NCBI GenBank assembly: GCA_035452965.1
Contig: DAOTCE010000016.1
Location: forward strand, 3,630 to 67,629
Direction of reading: 5' to 3'
From: Minisyncoccota bacterium
Lineage (GTDB): Bacteria > Verrucomicrobiota > Verrucomicrobiia > Limisphaerales > UBA8199
Length of the DNA stretch: 64,000 bases
Of the stretch, positions 26,420-36,254 are shown in pieces. The notes below the pieces were generated by a model. That model searched no databases and had not been told where the DNA came from. It saw nothing but the letters and a program-made list of their open reading frames with translations. A program made the position numbers and the translations under genes. Each line of letters opens with the position of its first letter. Within the stretch, counting starts at the first letter, position 1.

Positions 26420-27898
26420 ATGTCAACTATGCGACCTGCTCTGCTTCACGGCATAACCCGGCGGCAATTTCTTTATTATTCCGCGCTCGCCGCGAGCGCC
26501 ACCACCCTGACGGGTTGCAGCGCGCCCCGGCCCCGCCGGCTCTCAGCCACTGACAAACTGAACATAGGGGTCATCGGCGCCGGCGGAAAGGGCGCCAGCG
26601 ACACAGAGTGTTGCGCGGGGGAGAACATTGTCGCGCTGTGCGATGTGGACGAAAGGGCAACCGCCGCCCGGCGCGCCAAGTATCCGAACGCCAAAATCTA
26701 TCAGGATTGGCGCAAGATGCTCGACCAGGAGAAATCGCTCGATGCGGTCGTCGTGTCCACGCCCGACCACACGCACGCCATCGCCGCCGCAACGGCCATG
26801 CGCCTGGGCAAGCACGTCTACTGCCAGAAACCGCTGACGCAGACGATCTACGAAGCGCGCCTGCTCCGCAAGCTGGCCAAGCAATGCAATGTCCGCACCC
26901 AAATGGGCAACCAAGGCAGCGCCGAAGACGGTTTGCGGCGCACCGTCGAGATCATTCAGGCCGGCCTCATCGGGCCGGTGCGGGAGGTCCATGTGTGGAC
27001 CAACCGGCCAATCTGGCCGCAAGGCATGGATCAGCCTCCGGGGTCTGATCCCGTGCCTGACAGACTCGATTGGGACGGCTGGCTTGGGCCGGCTCCCCTG
27101 CGCCCTTACAAGGCCGAATGGCCCGAGAAGCCGATGAGCGGCGGGCGGCGCCGGCGGGGCTCGATCTACCATCCGTTTGCGTGGCGTGGCTGGCAGGACT
27201 TCGGCACCGGCGCACTGGGCGACATGGCATGCCATACGGCGAACATGCCTTTCCGCGCGTTGAACCTGGGTTATCCGACGGAGGTTGAAGCAACCTCCTC
27301 AGCCATCAACCGGGAGAGTTACCCGCTCAAGTCCACCATCCGCTTCCAGTTCCCCTCCCGCGGCGACCAACCGCCGGTCACCTTTTGGTGGTATGACGGC
27401 GGCGACCCCAAGCCTGACCATCCCTACGATCACGACGGCAGCAACAAACCCCCTATGGAAGTCGTCGCGGATGTCCAGGAGATGATGGACAAGATCCCGG
27501 GCAGCGGGTGTCTGCTCGTCGGCGACAACGGCAAGCTCTTCTCGCCCGACGACTACGGCGCCCAGTTCTTCCTCAAGTTAAAGGGGGAAAAGGAACTGAC
27601 CGATGGCAAGACCCACCAGGCGGTGAAGAATATCCCGCAGACCATCCCGCGCAACCCGTTCCAAGGCACCGCGGACCAGCGCCATCACCTGGAGTGGATT
27701 GCCGCCTGCAAGGGCGGGCCGCCCGGTTATTCGGACTTCGAAATTGCGGCTTACCTGACTGAGATTATTCTGCTGGGCTGCGTTGCTCTGCGTGCCGGCA
27801 GGAAGATCGAGTGGGACGGGCCCAACATGCTCGCAAAGAACGCCCCCGAAGCGGCACAGTTCATCCGCCGCAAACCTCGAAAGGGCTGGGATTTCTAA
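26420..27898 (+). CDS. TAT-signal Gfo/Idh/MocA family oxidoreductase
   Basis: ORF 26249..27898 with ATG 26420 ([35 protein letters not shown]). Rossmann motif [12 protein letters not shown]. Confidence 0.8.
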   Translation: MSTMRPALLHGITRRQFLYYSALAASATTLTGCSAPRPRRLSATDKLNIGVIGAGGKGASDTECCAGENIVALCDVDERATAARRAKYPNAKIYQDWRKMLDQEKSLDAVVVSTPDHTHAIAAATAMRLGKHVYCQKPLTQTIYEARLLRKLAKQCNVRTQMGNQGSAEDGLRRTVEIIQAGLIGPVREVHVWTNRPIWPQGMDQPPGSDPVPDRLDWDGWLGPAPLRPYKAEWPEKPMSGGRRRRGSIYHPFAWRGWQDFGTGALGDMACHTANMPFRALNLGYPTEVEATSSAINRESYPLKSTIRFQFPSRGDQPPVTFWWYDGGDPKPDHPYDHDGSNKPPMEVVADVQEMMDKIPGSGCLLVGDNGKLFSPDDYGAQFFLKLKGEKELTDGKTHQAVKNIPQTIPRNPFQGTADQRHHLEWIAACKGGPPGYSDFEIAAYLTEIILLGCVALRAGRKIEWDGPNMLAKNAPEAAQFIRRKPRKGWDF

Positions 27899-28035
27899 CT
27901 AGCCGTGCGGTGGAATGGCCAGTCATAAGTCTGGTCCAGGCCATGGACCCAACGTTGCATCAAGCTCTCGGCTTCAAGCAAACGTGGCCGATGGCGGTGA
28001 AGTTGATCTCCCAAGAGAACGCGCACCACGTTATA

Positions 28036-28779
28036 TTAAGCCAGTGCCTCTGTTACTGCCGGCGGTAGAATTTCCCCCACATCTCCTTCCAGACGCAGGG
28101 TGACCTCCGGCAACTCATCGTGGTCGGTCGGGCCGCGATTGATGATGACATATGGCATGCCCCGGTTGGCCGCCACCAACGGAATGTCCGCGGCAGGATG
28201 AACCGACAGCGTCGAACCCAGCGCCACCACCAAGTCGGCAGCCCTGGCGGCAGCTTCCGCCCGGTCCAGGTCTTCGTTGCGCAGGTTCTGGCCAAAGCTG
28301 ATGGTGGCTGGTTTGAGGAAGCCGCCGCATTCGCAGACCGGCGGGAGGTGCGTCTTGCGGAAATACTCGAAGTGCGCCGCGGGGTCCGAGCGCCGACCGC
28401 AGGTTTGGCATTCGACGAGGCGGTTCGTGCCGTGCAGTTCGATCAACCGCTCCGCGGTCGTGCCGGCCCGCGCGTGCAGGTCGTCTATATTCTGCGTCAC
28501 CACCGCCTGCACCTTGCCCGCCCGATCAAGGCGCGCGATGGCTTCGTGCGTGGCGTTCGGGCGCGCGTCCCGAAAGGCCTCCCATCCCTCCAGCTTGAAA
28601 TCCCAGTGCTCGATGCGCGCCGCTTCCGAGCGCATGAAATCATGGTAGTAAACCGGCTGGCGGCGTTTCCAAACCCCATCCGGCCCGCGAAAATCGGGAA
28701 TGCCGCTGCCGGTGGAGATGCCCGCGCCGGTGAAGAGCAGCATCTTCCTCGAACCACGCAGCAGTTCAGCAAGTTTCAT
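28036..28779 (-). CDS. cobB: NAD-dependent protein deacylase (sirtuin, CobB type)
   Basis: GAGISTGSGIPDFRG, TQNIDDLH, and a Zn ribbon CQTCGRR...CECGG. I prefer ATG 28779 because it forms an ATGA overlap with the upstream stop. Confidence 0.85.
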   Translation of the reverse strand: MKLAELLRGSRKMLLFTGAGISTGSGIPDFRGPDGVWKRRQPVYYHDFMRSEAARIEHWDFKLEGWEAFRDARPNATHEAIARLDRAGKVQAVVTQNIDDLHARAGTTAERLIELHGTNRLVECQTCGRRSDPAAHFEYFRKTHLPPVCECGGFLKPATISFGQNLRNEDLDRAEAAARAADLVVALGSTLSVHPAADIPLVAANRGMPYVIINRGPTDHDELPEVTLRLEGDVGEILPPAVTEALA

Positions 28780-29870
28780 TTCTGGAGTGTCCATTGACAA
28801 AGTTGTTGACCGTATTGCTTGAGCGGCGGCTCGCCATGACGCGCGACGTAATCGCTGTCAATATAGACGGCGAAAGTGGTCACGTGCCGTATGCCGCGGC
28901 GGCCGTAGGTGTCCAGATCGGCAGACAGCACTTGCGGATCAAACGGCACTCTGATGGCGGGCTTCTTCCACTTGGAGAACAACGAGGCATCGAGCCAGTA
29001 TTCGAGGCATTGCGCGCTCGCCGCGCCAAACACCTCTAGGTTGGCGTCCAGCATTTCGAACTGCTCCCGGGTTTTGGGGTCGTCGGCCCGCTCGAACGGC
29101 ACGTCATAGCGGCGATGGATGGGGGCGAATTCGAGGAAGATCCCCGACGCAGGTTTAACCTGCCTGGGAGGAGGTAGCGTGTTGTGATACGCAAGGTGAG
29201 CGACCTGGGCCTTGGCATCCACTTTGCGGAGAGCCTCCAGAATGCGATTCTCGACGAGGAGCGCCTGGTCGCTATCGCTCAGGCCGACACATTCCGGACA
29301 GCGGCACCACGGGCAACCATCGTCGCCCCAGTAGAAGTAGCGGCCGGTGGTGGGGCGAAGCGTCTGCGCCAGGGCGACGGCGTTGTCGGCCACGATTTGC
29401 ATCGCCGGATCTGAGTGAACGCACAAGTTCCATTCACGCACCCGCTTCCCCTTGTCGTCCATGCGGTAAAGCCGGGGAGCGCGGTCAAAGTACTCTCGCG
29501 GCAGCAAATCCTGCATGGCGTGCAGCTCGTACTCCACGGCCAAGCCGAGTCGGCGGCAGCTTGCGAGGAACTTTCGGCCCGGCTTCGAGCGGATGTAATC
29601 GGCCAGCAGGCGCGCCGACCTCGGCGCATGTAGCGCAATAGTGTTTACCCCCGCCGCCTTCGCCCGCTTTGGCCAATCGGCGAGAGTTAAATCCTCGACC
29701 GTGAGGACCACGCCCCGCGTGCGGAAAACGGGCTCCCCGAGGCCTCGGCTGGCGGCATCGGCAATGGCGGTTTCTCCCAGCACCAAACCGCCTGCTAAAA
29801 CTTCCAGAAACCGCCGCCGGGTAAGAGACGCCGGGCAATACGCGTTCATGTTGGGCCGGGCCGCAGTCAT
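28776..29870 (-). CDS. TAT-exported TIM-barrel-like protein, DUF4838-like (family call from memory)
   Basis: LTRRRFLEVLAGGLVLG twin-arginine signal and a WGDDGCPWCRCPEC cysteine cluster. ATGA overlaps at both ends. Confidence 0.45.
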   Translation of the reverse strand: MTAARPNMNAYCPASLTRRRFLEVLAGGLVLGETAIADAASRGLGEPVFRTRGVVLTVEDLTLADWPKRAKAAGVNTIALHAPRSARLLADYIRSKPGRKFLASCRRLGLAVEYELHAMQDLLPREYFDRAPRLYRMDDKGKRVREWNLCVHSDPAMQIVADNAVALAQTLRPTTGRYFYWGDDGCPWCRCPECVGLSDSDQALLVENRILEALRKVDAKAQVAHLAYHNTLPPPRQVKPASGIFLEFAPIHRRYDVPFERADDPKTREQFEMLDANLEVFGAASAQCLEYWLDASLFSKWKKPAIRVPFDPQVLSADLDTYGRRGIRHVTTFAVYIDSDYVARHGEPPLKQYGQQLCQWTLQK

Positions 29871-30241
29871 TTCTTTGACCAGAAATCCATGACAAACACG
29901 TCATCCAGCAGCGGGCCGACCAGCTTGCCGAAAGCCTTGTGCTCGGGGTGGGGCAGGTAGTTGTCGAGGTCCGCCTGGCTCTTGAACGTCAGGATGAAGC
30001 AGTGCGTGAAGCCCTTATCCTTCTTCTCTTTGCTGACGTTGGTGCCCCATTCGAAGGCCGCGATCTGGGGAATGCTCTTTTTCAGCGCTTGGAACGCCGC
30101 CTCGACTTTGCCGATGTCCTGCGCCGTGGCGGTGCTCTTGAACTTAAAGCAGACAACGTGCTGCAATTTGTCGGCAGCGCGGGCATTCGTAACCAGCGCC
30201 ATAGTGAGAAATGCGATTAGAATTGTGGTGAATGCTTTCAT
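29867..30241 (-). CDS. secreted Dabb (stress-responsive A/B barrel) domain protein
   Basis: Signal MKAFTTILIAFLTMALVTNARA followed by HVVCFKFKSTATAQDI ... GFTHCFILTFKSQADLDNYLPHPEH. Confidence 0.75.
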   Translation of the reverse strand: MKAFTTILIAFLTMALVTNARAADKLQHVVCFKFKSTATAQDIGKVEAAFQALKKSIPQIAAFEWGTNVSKEKKDKGFTHCFILTFKSQADLDNYLPHPEHKAFGKLVGPLLDDVFVMDFWSKK

Positions 30242-30483
30242 GCAGGCTGCAGCCTATCCGGCTTGGCCTCTCTTGGGCAAGCAAATGGTCAGATCAGGCG
30301 CAGCGTGATTGGCTCGCATGCCGCCAAAGCGGATGCGTTGTGAGCGTTCATGCTGGTTCGTATTCGGTCCTTGGGAGTGCCTGGAATCGGGACAGTGTGC
30401 CCCATAGCCGCGTACAGCGTGCGCCGCCTGCGCCTTTCGGAGCGGAGGTCCCGCGGCATCTAATGTGCTCATTTCGCGTCGAA

Positions 30484-30969
30484 ATGAAATCGGCTATCCT
30501 GCCCTCCACAGTCTTGATTGGGTTGCTAGCGATTCAGGCCGCGCCGCTCAACGCTGAAGAATCGCAAACGCTGGCAAACTACAAGACGTTTGGCGCAGGT
30601 CTGATGCTGGGTGAACCGACCGGAGTGAGCCTAAAGTACTGGCTCTCGGACGCGTCCGCCGTTGATGCGATGGCGGGACTTTCTTACGATGACAACGATC
30701 TCAGCTTCCACACCGACTATCTCTACCACTTAGACGACCTTGTCCAACTCGATAAGAACAGGCTGGCCTTCTACGGCGGCGGCGGCCCCCGTTACAGGGC
30801 ACGGAGTCACAAGAACGACCTGTTTGGCACCCGAGCCGCAGGCGGTGTAGCCTATATCTTTGGTAAAGTCCCGATGGATATCTTCCTCGAAGTGGGGCCG
30901 GTGCTTGATCTGACACCAGACGCGAAAGTGCGTTACACGGCAGGGATCGGGGCGCGATACTGGTTCTAA
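30484..30969 (+). CDS. small outer-membrane beta-barrel protein
   Basis: ORF 30232..30969 with ATG 30484 (MKSAILPSTVLIGLLAIQAAPLNA). Alternating beta-strand pattern ending in ...GIGARYWF (aromatic C-terminus). Confidence 0.6.
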   Translation: MKSAILPSTVLIGLLAIQAAPLNAEESQTLANYKTFGAGLMLGEPTGVSLKYWLSDASAVDAMAGLSYDDNDLSFHTDYLYHLDDLVQLDKNRLAFYGGGGPRYRARSHKNDLFGTRAAGGVAYIFGKVPMDIFLEVGPVLDLTPDAKVRYTAGIGARYWF

Positions 30970-31007
30970 GGCCCCAGCACAAATTCAGGGAGATTCGCCG
31001 CTCGGGC

Positions 31008-31514
31008 TTACAGGCCCAATTTGCTCAACTCGGCCTCCAGCGCCATTCTGAATTGCTCCAGATCGGAATTCGGCGGCCGGTAACCGGATTGATGGGGTGC
31101 TAAAGCCAGTTGGCCTAGTTCGTTGATTTGCCACGCGGCTGTGTTACCGTCGCTGAACGTGACCTTGCCGCTTACCACCGCGCCGGGACGGGCGATCTGG
31201 TCCACGACTAAAGACACTCTCCCGGGACCGCCTGCGGGCGGGGCTGCCTTTGACCCGGCTGGGCCGATCCGCGCCCCCGGGACAGGCGTGCCCGCGGGCG
31301 GCGTTCCGGCAGGTGTGGTTAGCACGGACTCGATAGGCTTGGGCGGCTCTGCGTCCTTGGGCGTCAACTTCAAGTCGTCCACCAGGAGGCGCACCTCCAT
31401 ATAGGTCAGGCGCACGCCCAGGTCGGCCGCCAGACGGTTCTGTATTTCGGACAGCTTCAGACCTTGCCTGATCCACTCCGCCACATTGCTCCGTTGTGCT
31501 TCATCCAAGTTCAT
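31008..31514 (-). CDS. hypothetical protein (helical N-terminus, Pro-rich linker, beta-rich C-terminus)
   Basis: 168-aa ORF with protein-like composition. No motif recognised. Confidence 0.5.
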   Translation of the reverse strand: MNLDEAQRSNVAEWIRQGLKLSEIQNRLAADLGVRLTYMEVRLLVDDLKLTPKDAEPPKPIESVLTTPAGTPPAGTPVPGARIGPAGSKAAPPAGGPGRVSLVVDQIARPGAVVSGKVTFSDGNTAAWQINELGQLALAPHQSGYRPPNSDLEQFRMALEAELSKLGL

Positions 31515-31730
31515 AATCCGTATCGCACATTATTCGCGGTGATCGCCCGCTAATTCAACTCTTGTTTTGTGCCGCCCGCCATGAATTGAATCTTGTGTTG
31601 GCTGCTGCGTTGCGATGAGTGGGAGAAACCGCACACTTCCACCTGCGCAAGCCGGCTTTGTCGGGGGTCCCGGCCAGCCAGAAGCTCAACCTTGCCGGGC
31701 ACCCTTCGACGGCTGGAGTAACTTCCGTCT

Positions 31731-34700
31731 TCAGCGCACCTGGACGCGGAAGAAACGGGACGCGCCCGTGGCGGCGCCAACGGCTTGTGTAAGCACACCA
31801 TCCACGCCGGCGAGGGCGGCGCCGAAGTTGCTCCAGGTCGCCGACTCGCCCAAACCGTCGCTCTGCAGCAACTGATATGTCCTCCCCGCGCGTGCGGTCC
31901 AGGCTAACTGCGCTTCGCCGGCGGCCTGAACGAACCCGGTGATCTTGAAGCTGGAGGTGTCATCCCGCGGGTTCGTCCCGGCGACAAACTCGGCCAGGTT
32001 GGACAGACCATCGCCGTCGGCATCATCGCCCGCCCGGGAGAAGTCCTCAGCCTGACCGATCGCGTGATCGAAGAACGCCAGCCGCCACCAGTCGGGAATG
32101 CTATCGTTGCCGCTGTAGAGGTCGGCAAGCTTGCGGACCTGGATACCGGAGACGCGAGCGTTGTCCACGACCGGAGTGAACAGCACTTTTAGCTGGGCGT
32201 TGGTGACGGCATTGGTGAAGACCAGGGTCAACGGCAAGTTCATCCCGCCGGCGGTGGCATAAATGTCAAAGTCAGTCAGCACCTGCCGCCCCTGGATATA
32301 GGCGTCGAAGACCCGCTGGCCAGCGCTGCTCCAGTAAGTCTCGGCTTCAAGCATTGTGACTTCATAGGTCCCCACCGGGCAATCAAACTGGTAGTAGAAC
32401 CCCTCTGATGATGTGCTATACCGCTCCCGCTGGTAAAGCGATTGCGCGGCGGCGCATACGCCGCTAATCGTGTTAACGAGCACGCCGGTCGTGCCACCCA
32501 AATGTCCGCAGGAGCCAACGCTATAAGCCTGATCACGCATCCAGACATTGCCGGCGCAGTCCGTAACGTTCGAGGAATTGCCGCCGCTGATGCGCTGGAG
32601 GTAGTCGCCGGGCACATTCAAGAACCGGACGTTCACAGAGTTGGTAGCCGAGATATTGCCGGACGAGTCTGCCGCGCGCACGGCAAGGAGATGGGAGCCA
32701 TTCAGGAAGTTGGAAGTACTCAGGAGGCAACTCCACGTATTGGTGCCGGAAGCCAAGACCCACGCGTTGGTGTCCAATCGGACCTCGACCTTCTGGACGG
32801 CGAAGTTGTCAGCGGCCGTGCCGGTAACTGTGAGATTCCCGCCCACCAAGCTCTCATTAGTCGGGGTCTGAATCAGAACCGTTGGCGGCGTAAGATCAAT
32901 ATAGGTCGAGGTGCCAGTCCTGTAGCGGGCCTCGAAGCCGGCGTGAAAGGCCTTGCCAGACTCCGCACCCTGCGCGGTGGCAGCCAGACGCACAGTAACG
33001 AAGGTCTGGGCAGGAAACCCCGCGCCTGCGGGGGTAAAGGTCAAGGTGTCGTTGGCTGATGACCACGAGAATGCGCCGCTCACAGCCGGCAGCGTCGAGA
33101 ACGCGGACACAACGCTGCCGGTGCTCATCGGCTGGCTAAACCGGATGACAACGGGCGCAACCGTGGCGGCGTCCGTAGAATCGTGCGCCGGAGTGATGCT
33201 GGTGACCACGGGATCGAGCAGGGCCCACTGCGATTCCGCGAGGAACAACTTGGCCGACATGCCCGGCACCGAGATGGATGGCGTCTGCGGCCCGGCGGTC
33301 ACGGTGGTAGTCTCGTTGGTGTCGAGCAGATTTACCAGCGTGGTGCCCGCCGGATAGACCGTAGAGCGGGCCGGGAGTGTTTGACTTGAGGTCGCGGTGT
33401 TCAACACCACAAGGACCTCTTGCGTGCCAAGCCGGCGAGCATAGGCAAACAGCCCCGGACCGTCTGGGTCGTTCCAAAGGTTCACATGGGAACCCGTGAG
33501 CAGCGCAGGATAGAGTCGGCGGAAATTGTTCAACCGCGCGACCCACTGGAACAGCGGGTGCGCCATGTTGAAGTTGTCGCCCAGCGAGGGGCCTTGCTCG
33601 AATTGGCCGTCGAACATGTCTTCTCGATCGTAAGGATCATTGCCCCCGTTGAAGGCCTGCTCCGTGCCGTAATACAGGCAAGGAATGCCGCGGGCGGTGT
33701 AGAGAAAAGCCAGGGCGACCTTGAGCCGCTCCGTGTTGTTGTTGGCCTTGCCCGAACTGAGAAAACGCTCCTGGTCGTGATTGTCCAGAAACGTCACCAA
33801 GCGGTTGCGGGCCGAAGCATCATAGTTAGCGGCGAGGGCGGCATAACGGCTTTCGATCTGCGAGGTGCTGCCCGAGGCTGTGGCGAACACGTTGTTGACC
33901 GCGAAGTAGAGCGGATAATCCAGCACCGAATCCAGCTTGAAAGGCCCTCCGCCCTGGGTGCCGGTGTAGGAGCCGCACTTGGCGTTCGAGCCGTCGAGAA
34001 TCTCCCCGAACATGAAGAAGTTTGGTTTCCCATTGGTTGCGGCCCAGGCATGTATCGCCGGGCACCATGTTTGCCAAAAGCCCATCTCGACGTGCTTGAC
34101 GGTATCCACCCGGAAGCCGTCGAACCCGGCCTGCCCGATCCAGTACCGGTAAATCTCCACCATGCGCGCACGCACGTAGTCCGATTCGGTGTTGAAATCG
34201 TCCAAACCGCTGAGCTCGCCGAGTTCAGCCTGGTCCTGGTTGCCGTAGTCATGGATAAGGCCGTTGTTGTGAAACAGATCGGTGAGGTTTGGATTGGCGG
34301 CGTTGGTGTTGAAGGGGGCGGGGTATTGTTTGGAGCTCCAATGGCGCAGATTGTAGCCAGCCGGCGGCGTCTTGAAGCTGTTGAAGTAGTTTCCTTCGGA
34401 ACTGCCGATCAGGTCTCCACCGTGGTTGACGATGACGTCGTTAATGACCAGCAATCCACGGGCGTGGGCGGCGGCCGTGAACTGCTGCAAGTCCGCCAGC
34501 GTGCCCCAATGCGGTCCCACTTGGTAGAAGTCACGCCCGGCGTAACCGTGAAATTCGCCGTTGGCGTTAAGCACGATGGGGGAAATCCAGATCGCGGTGG
34601 CGCCGAGTGACTTGATATAGTCGAGCTTTTGTTCCAGGCCCTTGAAATCGCCACCATGCACCGACGTGCCAGAGCTGCCGCCGGGATTGTAACTGCCCTC

Positions 34701-34901
34701 CGCGTTGTTATTGGAGGAATCGCCGTCGAAGAATCGGTCCGTGACAACGTGGTAGATGCTCTGACTCTGCCAAAACTCAGGGGTTTGGTCCGCTCTCGCA
34801 GCCAAGGCGAGCAAGGTCAGCGCGAAGTTGAGGCTTGCCCCAACGGCGCCCGGCCAGAATTTGGCAGTTCGCTTCAATGTAGTCGGAACGTAGCAGAGCA
34901 A
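31731..34901 (-). CDS. secreted GH13 alpha-amylase-family enzyme with Ig-like, malectin and C-terminal DADGDG-type domains
   Basis: GH13 regions GATAIWISPI, GFDGFRVDTVKHV, FGEILD and FLDNHDQERF. Downstream are SbsA-like Ig domains, then a malectin-like block (GQRVFDAYIQGRQVLTDFDIY), then GDDADGDGLSNLAEF. The TTG start at 34901 is uncertain. Confidence 0.85.
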   Translation of the reverse strand: MLCYVPTTLKRTAKFWPGAVGASLNFALTLLALAARADQTPEFWQSQSIYHVVTDRFFDGDSSNNNAEGSYNPGGSSGTSVHGGDFKGLEQKLDYIKSLGATAIWISPIVLNANGEFHGYAGRDFYQVGPHWGTLADLQQFTAAAHARGLLVINDVIVNHGGDLIGSSEGNYFNSFKTPPAGYNLRHWSSKQYPAPFNTNAANPNLTDLFHNNGLIHDYGNQDQAELGELSGLDDFNTESDYVRARMVEIYRYWIGQAGFDGFRVDTVKHVEMGFWQTWCPAIHAWAATNGKPNFFMFGEILDGSNAKCGSYTGTQGGGPFKLDSVLDYPLYFAVNNVFATASGSTSQIESRYAALAANYDASARNRLVTFLDNHDQERFLSSGKANNNTERLKVALAFLYTARGIPCLYYGTEQAFNGGNDPYDREDMFDGQFEQGPSLGDNFNMAHPLFQWVARLNNFRRLYPALLTGSHVNLWNDPDGPGLFAYARRLGTQEVLVVLNTATSSQTLPARSTVYPAGTTLVNLLDTNETTTVTAGPQTPSISVPGMSAKLFLAESQWALLDPVVTSITPAHDSTDAATVAPVVIRFSQPMSTGSVVSAFSTLPAVSGAFSWSSANDTLTFTPAGAGFPAQTFVTVRLAATAQGAESGKAFHAGFEARYRTGTSTYIDLTPPTVLIQTPTNESLVGGNLTVTGTAADNFAVQKVEVRLDTNAWVLASGTNTWSCLLSTSNFLNGSHLLAVRAADSSGNISATNSVNVRFLNVPGDYLQRISGGNSSNVTDCAGNVWMRDQAYSVGSCGHLGGTTGVLVNTISGVCAAAQSLYQRERYSTSSEGFYYQFDCPVGTYEVTMLEAETYWSSAGQRVFDAYIQGRQVLTDFDIYATAGGMNLPLTLVFTNAVTNAQLKVLFTPVVDNARVSGIQVRKLADLYSGNDSIPDWWRLAFFDHAIGQAEDFSRAGDDADGDGLSNLAEFVAGTNPRDDTSSFKITGFVQAAGEAQLAWTARAGRTYQLLQSDGLGESATWSNFGAALAGVDGVLTQAVGAATGASRFFRVQVR

Positions 34902-34910
34902 TGCGTGCAG

Positions 34911-35549
34911 TTAAAGGGAAAAGCCGGCCTGCTTTAGGGCACTCCGGTAGTCCTCCGGCCAGTCAATGTCCAGGTCCATCCCGGGATCGTCCAGCTCGCA
35001 AAGGGCCACAGCCTGTTGGCTAACGGTGAGGAATTCCTTTAGATGCGCCGCCCTCGAACCGGCCACCTGCCCGAACACGGCCTTGGGTAGCATAACCGGG
35101 TGACGCCCATGACCACGACAGGCGGGCTGGCAGACGCTGGCAGGATGCCCGGCGCTGAAATCAAGCACCTGCCGCAGAGTATCCCGCCGGATTTGCGGCT
35201 GGTCGCCCAGAACAATAGCCCAGTGAGTCAGAGTGCTCACCCATCCTGGCCATCGTGCCGCGCATTGGACCGAACTCAACATGCCGCGCTCGGGAGCCGG
35301 GTTGCGAATCCGGTCTTTGGCCGAAAAGCCAAGCCGATCCAACTCCGCCTCCATGGCCGAGTCGCCGGTGGCGCACACCACAGCCACCTGGACGGCACCC
35401 AGGGCTTGCCATTGCCCGATCAAGTGGCCAATGACGGAAGTCCCACCCCAAGGCAGCAGCAGCTTGGGCTTGCCCATTCGCCTGGATGCGCCTGCTGCCA
35501 GGAGCACCACTCCAAACGAGAACTTGCGTCTGGCGGATGGCATTGTCAT
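34911..35549 (-). CDS. MobA/MocA-like nucleotidyltransferase (NTP_transf_3)
   Basis: FGVVLLAAGASRRMGKPKLLLPWGGTSVIGHL. 212 aa, ends 9 nt before the GH13 start. Confidence 0.7.
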   Translation of the reverse strand: MTMPSARRKFSFGVVLLAAGASRRMGKPKLLLPWGGTSVIGHLIGQWQALGAVQVAVVCATGDSAMEAELDRLGFSAKDRIRNPAPERGMLSSVQCAARWPGWVSTLTHWAIVLGDQPQIRRDTLRQVLDFSAGHPASVCQPACRGHGRHPVMLPKAVFGQVAGSRAAHLKEFLTVSQQAVALCELDDPGMDLDIDWPEDYRSALKQAGFSL

Positions 35550-35669
35550 AGGACATTAGTGCCGCAAATTTCGGCGCCGGATGCAAGCACTTGGAGCCCG
35601 GCGCAGAGTCCGACGAAATACGTGTAATAAAACGAGCTGCATTTGGCTTTGTCTATATAGAGCATAGTT

Positions 35670-36254
35670 ATGCGTGAAGCCGCCATATCCGACGCGGACC
35701 GTTTCCTGGCGCTGCTCAAGCCAATCGAGCGCGAATTGGAAACGTACTGTCGGCGGCTGATCTGGGAACCCCAGGAGGCTCCCGACGCCCTTCAAAACGC
35801 CGTCCTGCGCGCGTTTAAGGCCTTCGATAGATACCACGAATATGCCAGCTTCCGGGCCTGGATGTTCAAGATACTGACACACGAAGCCTTCGCCCTGAAC
35901 CGGAAGCATGCCCGGATTGCCCGCCACGAGTTCCAGCTTGAGCCGGAGGAGTTGGCTGAACTGCCACTGCCCGGTGGGCCGGACCGAGACGGAGGCCAGC
36001 CCCTATCAGCCACGGCGTTGGACGACACCTTGGAACCACCCCTGGCGGCGGGGCTGAAGGCGCTGACGGACACAGAGCGCGCCGTGCTGCTGCTCCGTGC
36101 CATTGGCGATCTGCGTTACCGGGAGATCAGCGAATCCCTGGGCATCCCATTGGGCAGCGTCATGGGCAACCTGGCCCGTGCCCGGCAGAAGATGCGGGCT
36201 TGCCTCGAACGAGCTGAGCGACGAACCGCCCTACTGAAGGAGAGCCAGATATGA
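35670..36254 (+). CDS. ECF-type RNA polymerase sigma factor
   Basis: Region 2 (FRAWMFKILTHEAF) and region 4 (LTDTERAVLLLRAIGDLRYREISESLGIPLGSVMGNLARAR). Confidence 0.85.
   Translation: MREAAISDADRFLALLKPIERELETYCRRLIWEPQEAPDALQNAVLRAFKAFDRYHEYASFRAWMFKILTHEAFALNRKHARIARHEFQLEPEELAELPLPGGPDRDGGQPLSATALDDTLEPPLAAGLKALTDTERAVLLLRAIGDLRYREISESLGIPLGSVMGNLARARQKMRACLERAERRTALLKESQI

Noticed and set aside
28036-28779. Sir2-domain protein as a possible anti-phage defence effector (Thoeris/DSR/SIR2-HerA-like)
   Set aside because: It is a compact 247-aa CobB-type sirtuin with an intact Zn ribbon (CxxC...CxxC) and deacylase motifs. It has no fused sensor domain, and no HerA, pAgo, TIR or helicase partner. 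Its neighbours are metabolic or secreted proteins.
33420-34610. 396-aa plus-strand ORF inside the GH13 gene. Similar cases are 39292-40302, 43188-44408, 44632-45717, 51492-52685, 53908-54873, 55519-56595, 58713-59858 and 60121-60969.
   Set aside because: All lie antisense to genes with strong family motifs. All have low-complexity R/A/G/P/V-rich translations expected from GC-rich codon-position bias.
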